Shown here piece by piece: positions 61,301 through 64,000 of a stretch of 64,000 nucleotides of DNA. The position numbers and the translations under genes were made by a program. The first letter of the stretch is position 1; every line of letters starts with the position of its first letter. Under the pieces are notes generated by a model. It was given only the letters and a program-made list of their open reading frames with translations, did not search any database and was not told the origin of the DNA. The stretch comes from Bugula neritina (lineage: Eukaryota; Animalia; Bryozoa), in the NCBI GenBank assembly GCA_964035545.1, contig OZ037769.1:17018633-17082632 (forward strand), given 5' to 3'.

Positions 61301-64000
61301 GACAGTCTGCTGCTAATTGCCTCCTCCTCACTATCCGAACCTGCACTTTGACCTTCCATATTATTGTCTCTCTCCATCCTGGCTAAACGCTGCTGCAGCT
61401 CCTTCTTCTTCACCTGACACATCTGCTTCTTCTTATTCTTCCCACCAAACTGAGGCTTGTCCAAACACATGACGCACTCGCCACAGTTGGGCAGCTTTCT
61501 TACCGCAGACGCCTCAACCTTGAGCATATCTTGATAAGCAGCTTTATCTAATTTGGGAGTTGTCACTTTACGTCGCACGGGGAACAGGTCCTCATCCGAG
61601 GAGACGTCTTTGTGTTTCTCGGAGGCTAGGTCAGTCTCTTCTAATAGACTCTCCGTCATATCGGGTGTCTCTGCGCCGACGCCGGCCAGCCCTCTGATCA
61701 TCACGTCGAATGAGGGAGACATCTCGGGCTCTTCTGCTGCAACGACTTTCTCAGACTTGGGTAGGTATTTGTTCTTCAGCTCCCTCTTCATGTTCTTACA
61801 TCTGGTGTATAAGCACCGCTGCTTCATCTTTCCTGGACCTCCATACTTCTTCATGTCTCGACAGAAAACACACTTTCTACAGTTTGCTCTGCGGCAGTTT
61901 TCACACGTGCCACACTGCACTCTTCTCTTGGATAACTTTAAAGATTTACTGCTGAACTCTTCAACAGGTGATGCTGGTGACTTGGGTCTTATTACTGGTT
62001 GGGTGGTAGATTGTGAAGACTCTAGCAAAGAGTTTTTGATTGCTGACAGAGGAAATATGCGAGGGTGATCATTTGACAGAGCGGCCGGCTGAGTGGCTTT
62101 AGAGGAGCTGGCAGCTGGGTTCTCAGACGCGCTGTCGGCGACGCGGATGGGCGTATAGCCAGCCTTCCTAATGCAGGCAAAAGTTTCCTCTATTGACAAC
62201 TTCCTACCGGTTGATCTCACATCTAGTCGGTGAACAACATTGTCTGGTCCCATGGCAATGATGAATTCTCCTGCGTTAGACACCTGCTGAGTGCTGTCAG
62301 AGGGCTGTTGAGTGCTGTCAGAGGGGTGCTGAGTGCTGTCAGACACCTGCTGAGTGCTGTCAGACACCTGTTGAGTGCTGTCAGACACCTGCTGAGCGCT
62401 GTCAGACACCTGCTGAGCGCTGTCAGTTTGCGCAGACACAGCGGCAGTTGAATCTCCGGTTCCCTGAAGAGTATTCAAACTCAGTGCTGATCCTGATCCT
62501 GTAGAGGTCCCAGCTACTTCCCTTTTCAAAGTTTCCTGTACTGAGTCACTGTTAATTTCATCTTCCTTCAAACCTCTGTTTTCAACTGAGTTAGTTTTGC
62601 TTTCTCTGTCTTTCATCTTAGCGTCATCAGTTGACATGCCTTTGCAGTCAGCTATTGATGGCTTACTTTGACCTTCAACCTTTCTCGGAGTTAAATCTGC
62701 AGGTCTACGCTGTTCCTCTACAGACTGCACCAGGGCAGTTGGCGCCTTTTCCTCTTCCACCATGAAAGGCTTGGCACCAATAGTTTGACACTTGATCAGA
62801 TCCTGGGGTTTAGGGAAGACCATAGGCAGAGAAATAGACAGCTCCTCCAGTTTGATCTTCACCTTCTTACAGCTGGGTTTCTGAGACATCCTGAAGAGGT
62901 AGCACTCCTTGGCCACGGTCATGACGTGACCCATATACACCACCACCGAGTCTTCGTCCATAGCCTGGGACATGCACAGGAACACCATTCTAACCACAGG
63001 CTGGCTCCCGGCACTCTTCTGATCCCTAGCAACTTCTGACAAGTACTCATCCACCTTCTTCACTAGACTAGCACCACTGATAATCTCACCTAACTCACCC
63101 AGATTGGGATTAGCAGGCTCTTTCTTAATCTGTGGCGTCTCTTCAGTGTCGGCTGTAGCTTCCCCAGTCTCACTCAGTCTAGCCTTTTTATGTTTCCTCT
63201 TCTTGTCTTTTGATTTATTTTTCAACTTCTTCTTGTCTTTACTGGATAGCTTTGCTGCACCAACGTGACATTTCACAGTCTGATCTGCCACGGCACTCCT
63301 TACTTTGTCCAGATCTGTATGATAGACACACTATAATAACACATTGTCACAGAGCAAGTCACAGAGCAAGTCACAGAGCAAGTCACAGAGCAAGTCACAG
63401 AGCAACTCACAGAGCAAGTCACAGAGCAAGTCATTAAGTCTTACAAGGCACCAAATTTACCAACAAATAAACAAGTTCATGGCATAAAGCTCAAGGACAC
63501 TAAGCAACACTCCTAGGAGAAGCATTTGGCACTCTAAATATGTTACAACTTTCCTTAAGTTTTACTCCAACAGCTTGACTAGGAGTTGCCTTCTTTGTTA
63601 AAGACAAAGTATACACAACTACAGTTGAAGGAGACTTGACACACAGTTACAGCAACTATATTATATTACTCAAAAACCAATCATAAATCATCGACGAAGC
63701 TTTCCTAAATCCCAATGTTTCTTTAAAAGCTAACACAGCTGTAATACTTTTTCTGTTGGACAATACGATGAATGCAAGCATGTGACTGAGTATGACAGAC
63801 AGGAAGTATATAGGAAGTCTACTTGCCGAGACTGAGTATGACAGACAGGAAGTATATAGGAAGTCTACTTGCCGAGACTGAGTATGACAGACAGGAAGTA
63901 TATAGGAAGTCTACTTGCCGGGACTACGAGAACTCATCACTACTTTGATCTGCTCTTCGGAGTTGTCCCGGTAGAATGTCAGATCTCCGTTCACGTTGAG
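58358..64000 (-). CDS. KDM2/FBXL19-family CXXC zinc finger - F-box - LRR protein (5' end beyond the window)
   Basis: CXXC RRVQCGTCENCRRANCRKCVFCRDMKKYGGPGKMKQRCLYTRC in a ~2.07-kb exon; F-box FEDILVSIFKYLPKGDLLNCALVCK|AW..HPSLWRYIDL; KDM2-like VRLQPECLSL; LRR exons; stop TAG 58360-58358; a further exon at ~63940-64000. Confidence 0.8.
59267..59407. repeat. 22-bp intronic minisatellite
   Basis: CTATAGACAGGTCTGTACATAT, ~6 copies. Confidence 0.88.
60010..60224 (-). repeat. 22-bp tandem repeat spanning a 3' splice site within the F-box (10 copies)
   Basis: Minus unit CCATGTGTACATGTAG|GCGTGG; the real acceptor at 60017-60016 leads into AWYGAHKHPSLW. Confidence 0.93.
62277..62425 (-). repeat. Coding 21-bp repeat (DS[A/T]QQVS x7) in the CXXC exon
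   Basis: Translated repeat visible in ORF 61198..63291. Confidence 0.9.
63784..63921. repeat. 46-bp x3 intronic tandem repeat next to a donor
   Basis: GACTGAGTATGACAGACAGGAAGTATATAGGAAGTCTACTTGCCGA at 63784, 63830, 63876. Confidence 0.9.

Noticed and set aside
61553-63039. + strand ORFs opposite the CXXC exon
   Set aside because: Antisense shadows with no recognisable motifs or splice support.

Overview
Gene-dense, AT-rich, intron-rich animal genomic DNA. It looks like an invertebrate, probably a lophotrochozoan, but that is inference. Nine spliced protein-coding genes can be reconstructed by hand: Zwilch (+), CFAP44/WDR52 (-), TTC8/BBS8 (+, head-to-head with CFAP44), a RING/B-box/coiled-coil/NHL-like TRIM (-), a TMEM272-like membrane protein (-), a GTF3C4-like TFIIIC subunit (+), COASY (-), an ANKRD28/44/52-type PP6 ankyrin subunit (+) and a KDM2/FBXL19-like CXXC/F-box/LRR gene (-, 5' end beyond the window). 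Two intact tRNA genes (Ile-AAT, Lys-TTT) sit inside introns. The most striking unexplained structure is that at least 15 exon-intron junctions in 6 genes have been tandemly amplified. The repeat unit (16-42 bp) spans the junction itself, so an intron carries 2 to ~38 near-identical copies of its own 5' or 3' splice site. The exon-proximal copy is the one that rebuilds the expected protein, and most distal copies would give a frameshift or stop. Exon boundaries were read by eye and no database searches were run.
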